Under the pieces are notes generated by a model. It made no database searches, was not told where the DNA came from, and saw only the letters and a program-made list of their open reading frames with translations. Below are positions 31,080 to 40,860 of a DNA stretch of 64,000 nt, piece after piece. The position numbers and the translations under genes were made by a program. The stretch is from Alphaproteobacteria bacterium. Its GTDB lineage: Bacteria; Pseudomonadota; Alphaproteobacteria; SP197. Location: contig OZ245842.1 of the NCBI GenBank assembly GCA_965228895.1, positions 3,008,001-3,072,000 of the forward strand. Direction: 5' to 3'. Every line of letters begins with the position of its first letter. Positions within the stretch are counted from its first letter, which is position 1.

Positions 31080-32525
31080 ATGGGGCGACGGCGAGGCCTG
31101 CTAAGCGGGTATAGTGCAGGAAGCGATTGGTGTGAACTTTCGGGAAGGCGCGGCCACCCGGCGCGCCACGCCGCGCTGATCCGCAAACGCCTCTCGTCAC
31201 TCGACATCAATGACCTCAAGCAACGCGCCAGCGACGCCGAGCGCGAGTTGCACAATCTCGGCATCACGTTCACTGTCTACTCCGACAAGAACGCGATCGA
31301 CCGCATCCTGCCGTTCGACGTCGTCCCACGCCCGTTGTCGCACGAGGATTGGGAGATCATCGACACCGGCGTCAAGCAGCGTGTCGCAGCGATCAATCTC
31401 TTCCTGCACGACGTCTATCACGACCAGAAGATCTTGAAAGACGGCGTCGTGCCCAAGGACCTGGTCCTGGGTAACGAGAACTATCAACCGGCGATGGAAG
31501 GGCTCGCCGTGCCGCACGGCACCTATGTGCATATCTGCGGCATTGATCTGGTGCGCGACGAAAAGGGCGCCTTCAACGTTCTCGAAGACAACGGACGCTG
31601 CCCGTCAGGCGTCTCGTATGTGGTCGAGAACCGGCACATGATGATGCGCGCCTTTCCCGACTTGTCCGAAGGCATCGACATTCTGCCGGTCTCCGACTAC
31701 GGCGTTCGCCTGCACCAGGCCCTGGTCGAGATCGCACCGCCCAGCCGGCACGAGGCCCAGGTCGTGTTGCTGTCGCCCGGCGTCTACAACTCCGCCTATT
31801 TCGAGCACATCTTCCTGGCCCGCGAGATGGGCGTGCCGCTGGTCGAAGGCAGCGACCTGTTCGTCGAGAACGACCGCGTCTACATGAAGACGACCGAAGG
31901 GCCGGCGCGTGTCGATACGATCTACCGGCGCATCAGCGACGACTTCCTGGACCCCAAGGCGTTCAACCCGACGAGTATGCTGGGTGTGCCCGGGGTCATG
32001 GAGGCCTACGCGCGCGGCCATGTCGGCCTGGCCAACGCGATCGGCACCGGCGTCGCCGACGACAAGGCGGTCTACGCCTATATGCCGCGCATCATCCAAT
32101 ACTACCTGGATGAGGAACCGATCATCGTCAACGTGCCGACCCATATCTGCCGCGAGAAGGAGGGTTTGGCGTACACGCTGGATCATCTCGACGAACTGGT
32201 GGTGAAGCCGGTTGGCGAATCCGGTGGCTACGGCATTACGGTCGGTCCCCATGCCAGCAAACGCCAGCTCGCGCAGTGCCGCGCGGCGGTCAAGAAAGAT
32301 CCCGCCAACTACATCAGCCAGCCGATGGTGCACCTGTCCGTCTGCCCGACCTTGATCGGCGACGGGCTGGAGCCGCGCCATGTCGACCTGCGCCCGTTCG
32401 CCGTCACCGGCAAGGACACCTGGGTTCTGCCCGGCGGCCTGTCGCGCGTCGCCCTGCCGCGCGGGTCCCTGGTCGTCAACTCGTCCCAGGGCGGCGGTTC
32501 GAAGGATACCTGGGTCCTTGCGTAA
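31080..32525 (+). CDS. Circularly permuted ATP-grasp type 2 protein
   Basis: GITFTVY, RILPFDVVPR, GIDLVRD, LEDNGRCPSGVSY, GTGVADDKAVY, PRHVDLRPF, VVNSSQGGGSKDTWV. Confidence 0.92.
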   Translation: MGRRRGLLSGYSAGSDWCELSGRRGHPARHAALIRKRLSSLDINDLKQRASDAERELHNLGITFTVYSDKNAIDRILPFDVVPRPLSHEDWEIIDTGVKQRVAAINLFLHDVYHDQKILKDGVVPKDLVLGNENYQPAMEGLAVPHGTYVHICGIDLVRDEKGAFNVLEDNGRCPSGVSYVVENRHMMMRAFPDLSEGIDILPVSDYGVRLHQALVEIAPPSRHEAQVVLLSPGVYNSAYFEHIFLAREMGVPLVEGSDLFVENDRVYMKTTEGPARVDTIYRRISDDFLDPKAFNPTSMLGVPGVMEAYARGHVGLANAIGTGVADDKAVYAYMPRIIQYYLDEEPIIVNVPTHICREKEGLAYTLDHLDELVVKPVGESGGYGITVGPHASKRQLAQCRAAVKKDPANYISQPMVHLSVCPTLIGDGLEPRHVDLRPFAVTGKDTWVLPGGLSRVALPRGSLVVNSSQGGGSKDTWVLA

Positions 32526-33459
32526 TCTGCTGGCACGTTTCGCGGCGAACGCTTTCTGGACCGGACGCTACATGGAGCGCGCGGAGAACCTGGCGCGCAT
32601 CCTGGACGTCAACGAAACCTTCGCGCGCGGCGGCAGCGAAGAGGAAAGCTGGCTACCGATCGTCAGGCTGCACGCCGAAGAGGATCTCTTCTTCAACAGC
32701 CACAAAAGGGCCGCCGCCGACAGGGTCGTGCATTTCTATACGATCGACCGCGACAACCCGAGCTCGATCGTTTCCAGCATCATTCACGCGCGCGAGAACG
32801 CGCGCACCATGCGCCATGTCATCAGCACGGAGATGTGGACGCAGCTCAACGTCTTTCACGGTTGGATCACGACGCTTAATCGACGCGACATCCGGCTTAA
32901 CAATCTGTCGCGGGTTTGCGCGGAGATCAAAGAGCGCTGCCAGACCCATGCGGGCATCGTGCAGGGCACGCTCTACCGCGATCAGGTCTGGTACTTCTAT
33001 CTGCTCGGCAAGCACATCGAACGCGCCGGTCAGACCTCGCGTCTGGTCGATATCAAGTCCCATCTGTTGGAGAACCCGATCGGCGAGGCCGAAATGGCCG
33101 CCGACATCTCACAGTGGAACGCGCTGCTCAGATCGGCAGCCGGCTATCATGCGTTTCGCCGCGTCTACCCGCGCGGCATCGAACCGGATCGCGTCATCGA
33201 GTTTTTCTTTTTCAACGCTGGTTTCCCCCGCTCGGTCGTCTCATGCCTTGATCGGGTCGACACCCTGTTGGCCGGGCTCGCCAAAGGCAAGCTGACCGCA
33301 GCCAACGAACTACGCGAGAACCTGGCGCCACTTCAGGACATCATCCACGCTGGCAATGTGCAGGAGGTCCGCCGTCAGGGTCTGAATGCCTTTATCGATG
33401 ACCTGCAACGCGAGCTCGACAGTTTTTCCAGCGAGCTGGGCGAGCGCTTCTTTAAGTAG
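32518..33459 (+). CDS. Alpha-E domain protein (DUF403)
   Basis: LLARFAANAFWTGRYMERAENLAR, ARENAR, GKHIERA, FPRSV; probable TTG start overlapping the previous gene. Confidence 0.88.
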   Translation: MRNLLARFAANAFWTGRYMERAENLARILDVNETFARGGSEEESWLPIVRLHAEEDLFFNSHKRAAADRVVHFYTIDRDNPSSIVSSIIHARENARTMRHVISTEMWTQLNVFHGWITTLNRRDIRLNNLSRVCAEIKERCQTHAGIVQGTLYRDQVWYFYLLGKHIERAGQTSRLVDIKSHLLENPIGEAEMAADISQWNALLRSAAGYHAFRRVYPRGIEPDRVIEFFFFNAGFPRSVVSCLDRVDTLLAGLAKGKLTAANELRENLAPLQDIIHAGNVQEVRRQGLNAFIDDLQRELDSFSSELGERFFK

Positions 33460-33576
33460 CTAGTTCAAATGGTTAGCCGGGTCCTTTGCATTGCCGGCGG
33501 GCGCCGCCTATGATCCGCGCGGCCGTGGCTGGAGAGGCCCCGGGTGTTCTAGAGAGTTGCCGACGATTGGGCCCTG

Positions 33577-34485
33577 ATGCGCCGTTTGACCATTCATCAC
33601 GTGACGACCTATCGCTACGCCAGGCCGGTAACCTTTGGCGAGCACCGGCTGATGTTCCGGCCGCGCGACAGTCACGACCTGCGTCTGATCCACACCGAGC
33701 TTTCGATCTCGCCGGCCGCCAGGATCCGCTGGTACCACGACGTCTTCGGCAACTCGATCACCATCGCCAACTTCGACGACATGGCCGACGAGTTGCGGTT
33801 CGAAAGCACGATCGAGCTGGAGCACTACGGCGTCGAAACAACCGAATTTCCAATCGAGCCATTTGCCAGCTTTCTGCCCTTCACCTATCCACCGGAAGAA
33901 CTGCCGGACCTCACGCGCACGACAGAGCGCTACTACTTCGACCCAGAGCGCCTGATCGATGCCTGGGCGCAACGCTTCCTGAATCCGGGCGGCCGAAGCT
34001 CGACCCAGGAAGTGCTGGTCGCGATGACCAGCGCGATCAAGGACGAGTTCACCTATCAGGTGCGCGAACTGCATGGGGTGCAGACGCCGATCGAGACACT
34101 GAACCTGGGCAGCGGCAGTTGTCGCGATTACGCGGTGTTCTTGATGGAGGCTGCCCGAAGCCTGGGGCTCGCGGCGCGCTTCGTCACCGGCTATGTCTAC
34201 GACCCCGCGCTTGATGGCGGGATGAACCAGGGCCTGCGCGGCGCGGGCTCGACCCACGCGTGGGCGCAGATCTATCTGCCCGGCGCCGGCTGGGTCGAGT
34301 TCGATCCGACCAACGGCATGGTCGGCGGCGCCAACCTGTTTCGCGTCGGCGTCGCGCGCACGCCCGAACAGGCTGTGCCCCTGCAGGGAACCTTCATCGG
34401 TGACAGCGGCGATCTCCTGGAGATGAAGATCGACGTCAAGGTGACGTCAAGCGACAACGACAACGCCCTGCCCCGCGCCGTCTGA
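33577..34485 (+). CDS. Transglutaminase-like protein with Bact_transglu_N domain
   Basis: IHHVTTYRY, DVFGN, GSCRDYA (Cys), ARFVTGY, THAWAQIYLPGAGWVEFDPTN (His, Asp). Confidence 0.92.
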   Translation: MRRLTIHHVTTYRYARPVTFGEHRLMFRPRDSHDLRLIHTELSISPAARIRWYHDVFGNSITIANFDDMADELRFESTIELEHYGVETTEFPIEPFASFLPFTYPPEELPDLTRTTERYYFDPERLIDAWAQRFLNPGGRSSTQEVLVAMTSAIKDEFTYQVRELHGVQTPIETLNLGSGSCRDYAVFLMEAARSLGLAARFVTGYVYDPALDGGMNQGLRGAGSTHAWAQIYLPGAGWVEFDPTNGMVGGANLFRVGVARTPEQAVPLQGTFIGDSGDLLEMKIDVKVTSSDNDNALPRAV

Positions 34486-34659
34486 CGATCATTCCTGGCG
34501 CCTCGGCCTCGGTTTGTTGCGGAAGCGTGACCGTTCGATGAAGTTTTCGTCTTGAACGCCCCTGCGTTGTGCCGGTTTCGCAAATCTTACACCAAGTCTT
34601 GTTAGACCCCGGTCAAGCAACGAGTCGACCTGTGCAACTTGACGCGGCGGATACGACGA

Positions 34660-35472
34660 ATGCATGGCCATCGCTCAGTGAGCCGGTACCGTTCGATCTG
34701 GATTTCGGACATTCATCTGGGAACGCGCGGCTGTCAGGCAGAGTTGCTGCTCGACTTCCTGCGCCATACCGACTCTGAGTATCTCTATCTGGTCGGTGAC
34801 ATTGTCGACGGCTGGCGCCTGAAGAAATCCTGGTTCTGGGCGCAAAGCCATAACGACGTGGTGCAGAAGCTGCTGCGCAAGGCGCGCAAGGGCACCAAGG
34901 TCATCTATATTCCCGGCAACCACGATGAGGCGCTGAGAGACTACACCGGCCACCAGTTCGGCGGCGTCCATGTCGCCGGTGAGATCGTGCACACGACCGC
35001 CGACGGCCGGCGGCTTCTGGTCCTGCATGGCGATGAGTTCGACGGGATTGTCAAACACGCGAAGTGGCTCGCATTGCTGGGCGACTGGGCCTACAACGCC
35101 ATGCTGACCGTCAACATCTGGTTCAATGCGGCGCGCCGCCGCCTGGGCTTCGGTTACTGGTCGCTTTCGGCCTATCTGAAGAACCGGGTCAAGAACGCCG
35201 TCCAGTATGTCGACCGGTTCGAACAGGTTGTCGCCGAGGAAGCGCGCCGGCGCGATGTCGACGGCGTCGTATGCGGCCACATCCACAAGGCGGAAATCCG
35301 CGAGATCGACGGCATCCTCTACTGCAACGACGGCGACTGGGTTGAGAGCTGCTCGGCGCTTGTCGAGCACAGTGACGGCCGGCTGGAAATCGTTCAGTGG
35401 GCGACGCCGCAGAATGTCTCGGCCAGGCCGCCGCGCATGCGCCGAACACGCAACGTGCCTGTTGCCGGTTGA
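34660..35472 (+). CDS. UDP-2,3-diacylglucosamine diphosphatase-like metallophosphoesterase (LpxH2 type)
   Basis: ISDIHLG, LVGDIVDGW, PGNHDE, HGDEFD, CGHIH, NDGDWVES. Confidence 0.88.
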   Translation: MHGHRSVSRYRSIWISDIHLGTRGCQAELLLDFLRHTDSEYLYLVGDIVDGWRLKKSWFWAQSHNDVVQKLLRKARKGTKVIYIPGNHDEALRDYTGHQFGGVHVAGEIVHTTADGRRLLVLHGDEFDGIVKHAKWLALLGDWAYNAMLTVNIWFNAARRRLGFGYWSLSAYLKNRVKNAVQYVDRFEQVVAEEARRRDVDGVVCGHIHKAEIREIDGILYCNDGDWVESCSALVEHSDGRLEIVQWATPQNVSARPPRMRRTRNVPVAG

Positions 35473-36497
35473 TGCACGTCGCCATCGTGTCGGACGCCTG
35501 GTTCCCCCAGGTCAACGGGGTGGTCAGGACCCTGTCGCGCGTCAAACAAGAAGTCGAGACCATGGGGCACGACGTCACCGTGATCTCGCCCGACCTCTTC
35601 ACCAATCTGCCCTGCCCGACCTATCCGGAGATTCGCCTGGCCGTGCTGCCCGGGCGCGGCGTGCGCGAACGGCTCGACCGCGCCCGGCCGGACGCGATCC
35701 ACATCGCCACCGAAGGGCCGCTGGGTTGGGCCGCGCGCCGATACTGCCGGCGCCGGGGTCTGCCCTTTACAACGTCGTTTCACACTCGCTTCCCCGAATA
35801 CGTTCATGCCCGCAGCGGTATTCCGCCAAGCTGGCTCTATAGCCTGCTGCGTCACTTTCATGGCGCCGGCGAAGGCATCATGGTGGCGACCCAAACGATC
35901 CGGCGCGATCTGGAGACGCGCGGCTTCGACAACATCAAAAACTGGACACGTGGCGTCGATACGGAGCTGTTCAGGCCGCCCGAGCTGATCGGCGGAGCAA
36001 CGCCGCTGGCGTCCCTGCCGCAACCCATTCACCTCTATGTCGGTCGCGTGGCGGTGGAAAAGAACATCGGCGCATTCCTCGCTCTCGACCTGCCGGGCAG
36101 CAAGGTGGTGGTCGGCGGTGGACCGCAACTGAAGCAGTTATCAAACGATCATCCGGAGGTCCTGTTCACCGGGGCCAAACACGGTGAGGAACTGGCCCGC
36201 TACTATGCGGGTGCGGATGTCTTCGTTTTCCCAAGCCGCACCGACACGTTCGGCCTGGTGCTGCTGGAGGCCCTTGCCGCCGGCGTGCCCGTCGCGGCCT
36301 ATCCGGTGCCCGGGCCGCTCGACGTCGTCGACGGTTCCGGCGCAGGCGTTCTGGACGAAGATCTGAAGGCAGCCGCCGCCGAGGCGCTCACCATTTCGCG
36401 CGACACATGCCGCAATCATGCGCTGACCTATTCTTGGCGGCGCTGCGCACAACAGTTTCTCGACAATCTCGCACCGTACGGCGCGGCGTCGACTTAA
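35472..36497 (+). CDS. GT4 glycosyltransferase
   Basis: SDAWFPQVNGVVRT, HIATEGPLG, YVGRVAVEKN, FPSRTDTFGLVLLEA; TGATG overlap. Confidence 0.92.
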   Translation: MHVAIVSDAWFPQVNGVVRTLSRVKQEVETMGHDVTVISPDLFTNLPCPTYPEIRLAVLPGRGVRERLDRARPDAIHIATEGPLGWAARRYCRRRGLPFTTSFHTRFPEYVHARSGIPPSWLYSLLRHFHGAGEGIMVATQTIRRDLETRGFDNIKNWTRGVDTELFRPPELIGGATPLASLPQPIHLYVGRVAVEKNIGAFLALDLPGSKVVVGGGPQLKQLSNDHPEVLFTGAKHGEELARYYAGADVFVFPSRTDTFGLVLLEALAAGVPVAAYPVPGPLDVVDGSGAGVLDEDLKAAAAEALTISRDTCRNHALTYSWRRCAQQFLDNLAPYGAAST

Positions 36498-37069
36498 CCG
36501 GCGGGCACGCGCTCCAGCAGACCGCGCTCCTCGCCGCACACGCTGCAACGGCAGTCCTGGATGCGCCGGCGCGGTTTGCGGACGAAATGATAGAGCTCGC
36601 CACAGGCAACGCAGCGCCAGATGACGGCGGCCTGACTTTCGCGCGACAGATAGGGGATGTCGTGATGGAGGACCGGTAGCTCGCCGATCATAACCATGGT
36701 GGCGCGCCACAACGGCCCATGCTTGCACGACTTGCCGTAGTGCAGGTCCGCCAGGATGTGGGCGCATTCGTGCAGAAAAGTCGCGTCGCGATCGCTTTCG
36801 CGGCCCGCCGGCAGCAGTTCGCGATGCAGGACGATGCGCTGTTCGGAGGTGTACGCCTTGCCGGCATAGAGTTTGCCGCGCGCGGAGACCTCGACCCGCG
36901 ACGCCAGGCAGGCGTCATAGGCATCGCCATAGCGGCTGGCCCGCGCCAACTGCTCGAGAACACCCCAACGGGCTGCGACTTCTTCAACGCGGCCCAGGAC
37001 CGAGCCGCCACGGACACGCTGCGTCATCGCCTGCGAAGGTGCGTGTCCGGCGCGCTCTTGTCCAGTCAA
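36494..37069 (-). CDS. SprT-like zinc metalloprotease domain protein
   Basis: LHECAH (HEXXH), HGPLWR, CVAC and CSVC zinc ribbon; start uncertain. Confidence 0.8.
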   Translation of the reverse strand: MTGQERAGHAPSQAMTQRVRGGSVLGRVEEVAARWGVLEQLARASRYGDAYDACLASRVEVSARGKLYAGKAYTSEQRIVLHRELLPAGRESDRDATFLHECAHILADLHYGKSCKHGPLWRATMVMIGELPVLHHDIPYLSRESQAAVIWRCVACGELYHFVRKPRRRIQDCRCSVCGEERGLLERVPAG

Positions 37070-37088
37070 CTATCCCCAGGTGCCGTGT

Positions 37089-37586
37089 TCACGCCTCAGA
37101 TTTCTCGGTGACCCTGGTCAGGCAGCAACCCTTTTTGCCTGGTGACCACAGTTCGATCTCGTAATCAAAGCCTGCGGTGTCCCACGTCGCCTCATCAAGG
37201 GCCGATGCGCAATGAAGGAGCGTGCAGATTTCCTCATCGCTGCATCCGGCATCGACCCACGCATCCTTGATCGGACAGGTCATCATCTGAACTTCCAGGC
37301 AGGTGTCATCAAGCCGCCTGATATTCGGTGAAAACATCGCGCCGTCGTCGGGAGCTCTGGCGTAACCTTCGACCAGGCCCGCAAAATCGCGCGGCGCGAA
37401 GCACGCCAGCGCTTCACCCATCGGCTTGCCGTACGCATAGCTGGCGCTGCGCATCACGCTTATGGCTTCTGCTTCGCCATAGCGCTTGGAGAGTTCTCGA
37501 AACACCGTGAGAAACATCCTGCCACGATCTTTGATGGCGTCGTAGACTTGGGGATTGGCTTGAGGGTTAGCTTGTTTATGGGCCAT
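37089..37586 (-). CDS. L-2-amino-thiazoline-4-carboxylate hydrolase (ATC_hydrolase) family protein
   Basis: ELSKRYGEAEA, MMTCPIKDAW...LLHCASALD...GCC pattern; start MAHKQ with a GGAG RBS. Confidence 0.7.
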   Translation of the reverse strand: MAHKQANPQANPQVYDAIKDRGRMFLTVFRELSKRYGEAEAISVMRSASYAYGKPMGEALACFAPRDFAGLVEGYARAPDDGAMFSPNIRRLDDTCLEVQMMTCPIKDAWVDAGCSDEEICTLLHCASALDEATWDTAGFDYEIELWSPGKKGCCLTRVTEKSEA

Positions 37587-37673
37587 TTGAACCGCTCCGT
37601 TTTGCACCGAACCACGGGTCCGACAATGGGAGCGGCGCAGGCAACCGGGCAAACCAGAAAATCTCCCGTCGAG

Positions 37674-37690
37674 ACTTAGAAAAACTGAGT
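37674..37690. promoter_or_regulatory. Putative LysR T-N11-A binding site
   Basis: ACTTAG-AAAAA-CTGAGT imperfect palindrome (T37676-N11-A37688) between the divergent LysR and ATC-hydrolase genes. Confidence 0.55.
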
Positions 37691-37734
37691 CGTGAGCGGC
37701 CTCAAAGCGTGCTGTTTTCGCCCCCGAGGGAAAT

Positions 37735-38328
37735 ATGACGTACCGACTTCCGACATTGAATGGGTTGCGCGCCTTCGAAGCGGCAGCGCGACACCTGAGC
37801 TTCAAAGTGGCCGCCAGCGAACTTGGCGTCACCGCAGGCGCCGTGAGCCAACAGGTCAAAAAGCTCGAGATGTCTCTTGGCATCTCGCTGTTTCGCCGGT
37901 TGCCGCACGGCCTTTTGTTAACAGGAGAAGGCGAGGCCTATTACCCCAGGATCTCGCGCGCCCTTGAAGACCTGACAGAAGCGACCGAGGCGATTGCGCC
38001 GGATCTGAACGCCAGAAAGTTCACGCTGGGACTGTGCCCGACGGCAGCACACCTCTTGCCCAAGAAGTGGCCCCGTCATTCGACAGCCTTGGACAACTAT
38101 GTCAGCAACACCTGCAGCACAGGCGATGTGGCATTGATCTTCGACAACAAACTCGATTGCATCATTCGACCAGGCAGCGGCCCGACCGGCGGTCTGAGCG
38201 CGATCACAGTCGGTCACGGGACTTGCTCTGAAGGGGAAGAGCCTTTGCAGTTCATCTGCCGCAACGGGTTGATCGAATGCAGGCAATCGAAAGCGATCAT
38301 TTACGACCTGAAGACTTGGCTCGGTTAG
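37735..38328 (+). CDS. Short LysR-family (GcvA-like HTH) regulator, 197 aa
   Basis: LPTLNGLRAFEAAARHLSFKVAASELGVTAGAVSQQVKKLE; C-terminal domain about 100 aa shorter than typical. Confidence 0.8.
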   Translation: MTYRLPTLNGLRAFEAAARHLSFKVAASELGVTAGAVSQQVKKLEMSLGISLFRRLPHGLLLTGEGEAYYPRISRALEDLTEATEAIAPDLNARKFTLGLCPTAAHLLPKKWPRHSTALDNYVSNTCSTGDVALIFDNKLDCIIRPGSGPTGGLSAITVGHGTCSEGEEPLQFICRNGLIECRQSKAIIYDLKTWLG

Positions 38329-38337
38329 AGATGCCAA

Positions 38338-39561
38338 TCAGTTTGCGCGCCTGAGTTCGCGCACGCGGTAGCCGAACAGGCCCGGCAAGCCGACCGCCGC
38401 CGCCGATATGGCGATCACCGCGGTCATACCGACGACCGGCAAAACAAAACCTGCGGCCAAGCCGCCCAACGGGTTCGTGCTTTGCATCAGCATGCGCAGC
38501 AGGGCGAAGGTGCGTCCGCGTTGATGTTCGGGGATGATCTTCATGCGCAGCGTCTGCGCCCACACGGTCAGCGGCGCCGAAAACACGCCATAGAGCATGA
38601 GGCACAGGATGGTTACGGCGATGTGGCTGTCGAGCAGCATGGCTGCGAGCGCCAGACCGGCCAGAAACTGCGCGAGGCAAATGAGCGTGCCGAGCGGCAG
38701 ACGCATGCGATCAACACCGGCGACAAGCGAGCCGGCGATCTCGCCCACCGCGATGACGCCAAGCAGCATGCCATAGAGCTCCGCGCCGCCGCCCAGCGTG
38801 GTGCTGGCATAGATTGGCAACCAGACCAGCAACGCGCCGACCGCGATGTTGCCGCACATGTACATGATGGTCGTCGAGAGCAGGATGCGGTTGCCGAACA
38901 GCAGGCGGAACGCCGGCCCGATGCCGCGGTCGGCTGTCTCCTTCGTTGCCGGTCGCTCGCCGCCGCGCGCCGCCGCGGGACGTGTCGCAAGAAGCGCGGC
39001 AGCGAAGAGCAGGTATGTCGCCGCATCGAGATAGAGCACGTCGGGCGCGCTCCACAGGGCGACCAGCAATCCGGCAATCGGCGGCCCGATGACGCCGCAA
39101 AGGGTATAGGCCAGCATCTCGAGCGCGTTGGCCGTGGTCAGCCGGCCGGGCGTGACGAGTTCCGGCAACAACGCGGGCGCGCCGGCCAGGGGCACCATCA
39201 ATAGCAGGCCGTAGACCGCGGCGACGGCATAGACGTGCCAGGTTTCAAGCGCGCCAGCAGCGTCAAGCAAAGGCACAGTGATCACGACAACGGCTTTGAT
39301 GATCGAATCCACGACCATCACCATCCGCCGGTCGAAGCGGTCGAGCAGCCAGCCGGCGACCAGGCCGCCGACAACGATGGGTGCGGTATAGAAGAAGGTC
39401 AGCCAGCCGACCGCGACCGACGAGCCCGTCGACTCATAGATGTACCAGGTGAGCGCGACACGGGTCATCGCATCGCCGGTCATGGAAAGGCTGAAGCCGA
39501 CCCAGAAGACAGCGAACGGCCGGTGCCCGAGCACCTCGCGATAGGCGCCGAGCGCCGCCAC
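38338..39561 (-). CDS. MFS transporter (macrolide-efflux/DHA3-like)
   Basis: GWLLDRFDRR motif A, about 12 TM segments, IPEHQRGR; GTG start just after the regulator stop. Confidence 0.88.
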   Translation of the reverse strand: MAALGAYREVLGHRPFAVFWVGFSLSMTGDAMTRVALTWYIYESTGSSVAVGWLTFFYTAPIVVGGLVAGWLLDRFDRRMVMVVDSIIKAVVVITVPLLDAAGALETWHVYAVAAVYGLLLMVPLAGAPALLPELVTPGRLTTANALEMLAYTLCGVIGPPIAGLLVALWSAPDVLYLDAATYLLFAAALLATRPAAARGGERPATKETADRGIGPAFRLLFGNRILLSTTIMYMCGNIAVGALLVWLPIYASTTLGGGAELYGMLLGVIAVGEIAGSLVAGVDRMRLPLGTLICLAQFLAGLALAAMLLDSHIAVTILCLMLYGVFSAPLTVWAQTLRMKIIPEHQRGRTFALLRMLMQSTNPLGGLAAGFVLPVVGMTAVIAISAAAVGLPGLFGYRVRELRRAN

Positions 39562-39565
39562 GGAC

Positions 39566-40690
39566 TTAAGTCCCGTCGCGCGAGAAGAACCGGCGCATGG
39601 CGGCGTCGGGCAGCGCGAAGAAGGCACCGCGCTCAAGCCGCAGGATGATCGAGCGCGACGGCGTCAGTTCTTCGTTGATCAGGCCGGCCTCGCGCATCAG
39701 GAAAAGATGGTGCGAGACCGTCGACTTGGAGAGACCGAGTGTCTCGGCGACCTCGGTCGCCGAGCGCGGTCGTTCGGCAAGCAGATCGGCGATGGCGACG
39801 CGGCTGCTGTTGCCGAGCGCCCGGCAGACAAGCGCCAGGTCGACATCGCGCGGACTTGGGCCCTCATCCAGACTTGCCAGCAAAGACGGCTGGTGGGCGG
39901 GAAAGTGGGCGACCTTCCCGCCCTTGCCTTCGAGCATGGTCCAGAAGCGCCCGGTGTTGAATGCCGAGGGCATCAGCCGGACTTCGACGATGCTGTCGAT
40001 GTCGGCGCGATACCCGCCGCGCAGCGCGCACAGTTCGTTGGTTGTCTCGTCGATCTCGACCGGCAGGCGGTTGATGGCAATCACGGTCGCCAGATCATCG
40101 GATCGCAAGTCCTGGTCCATGGCCCGCGCCGCCGCCCGGTAGGCGCCTTCCTGGTCACGCCAGAAGTCTGCGAAACCCTCATCCCAGAAGGCCTGGACCG
40201 CGTTGATGATGCTGTCGCGCACGCCCTCGGGGTCGTCGAGCAGCCGGGTAACAAACCGTCCGGAGGGTTTGTCCGCGTCGTACGGGAAGAGGCCGACATG
40301 GGCAAGCCACTGGGATTTGCTCGCCGGCAGCTTCTTGATCGCCGCCTTGGGCGTCAGACGGCCGTCCGCCACCGCATCGACGATCGCGTCATCATGCAGC
40401 ATGCCGATCAGCAACGTGCGGACGACGTCGCGCGCCGGCACCTCTTCCAGGCGTTCGACGATCAGACCGAAGCTTGCATCCGTCGGCACGTCGCCCAGCA
40501 GGTCGCCGATGCCGAGCCAGATTTCCGGCCAGGCGCCGAGATCGCGGTGGATCGCCAGAAGCGTCTCGGACGGCTGCCAAGGACGCCCGTCGTTCAGGAC
40601 GGCGTGGAGCGCATAGAACAGTTCGAACCGCAGACCGGCCGCCACGTCGATCGTGGGTTGGGGCCTTTCCTGCACAGCACCGATAAGCAT
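39566..40690 (-). CDS. ArsR-family regulator with long N-terminal domain and C-terminal HTH
   Basis: C-terminal RALGNSSRVAIADLLAERPRSATEVAETLGLSKSTVSHHLFLMREAGLI. Confidence 0.85.
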   Translation of the reverse strand: MLIGAVQERPQPTIDVAAGLRFELFYALHAVLNDGRPWQPSETLLAIHRDLGAWPEIWLGIGDLLGDVPTDASFGLIVERLEEVPARDVVRTLLIGMLHDDAIVDAVADGRLTPKAAIKKLPASKSQWLAHVGLFPYDADKPSGRFVTRLLDDPEGVRDSIINAVQAFWDEGFADFWRDQEGAYRAAARAMDQDLRSDDLATVIAINRLPVEIDETTNELCALRGGYRADIDSIVEVRLMPSAFNTGRFWTMLEGKGGKVAHFPAHQPSLLASLDEGPSPRDVDLALVCRALGNSSRVAIADLLAERPRSATEVAETLGLSKSTVSHHLFLMREAGLINEELTPSRSIILRLERGAFFALPDAAMRRFFSRDGT

Positions 40691-40695
40691 GGAAA

Positions 40696-40797
40696 TTCTA
40701 CTATCATAGAATCAGTTCGATAAAAATCGAATCTTACAGAATCGATCGATCAACAACTAATTTTTATAATAATCAAATAGTTACGATAATTTTCGAA
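40696..40797. promoter_or_regulatory. AT-rich promoter with three related palindromic operators TTCNA-N6-TNGAA
   Basis: TTCTA-CTATCA-TAGAA (40696-40711), TTCGA-TAAAAA-TCGAA (40716-40731), TACGA-TAATTT-TCGAA (40782-40797). Confidence 0.6.
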
Positions 40798-40860
40798 CGT
40801 TTCACTGCCACCAAATTGCGGGTGATGGTGCCCCTCGCAGTCTTGTGGCTGCCTGCGCGC

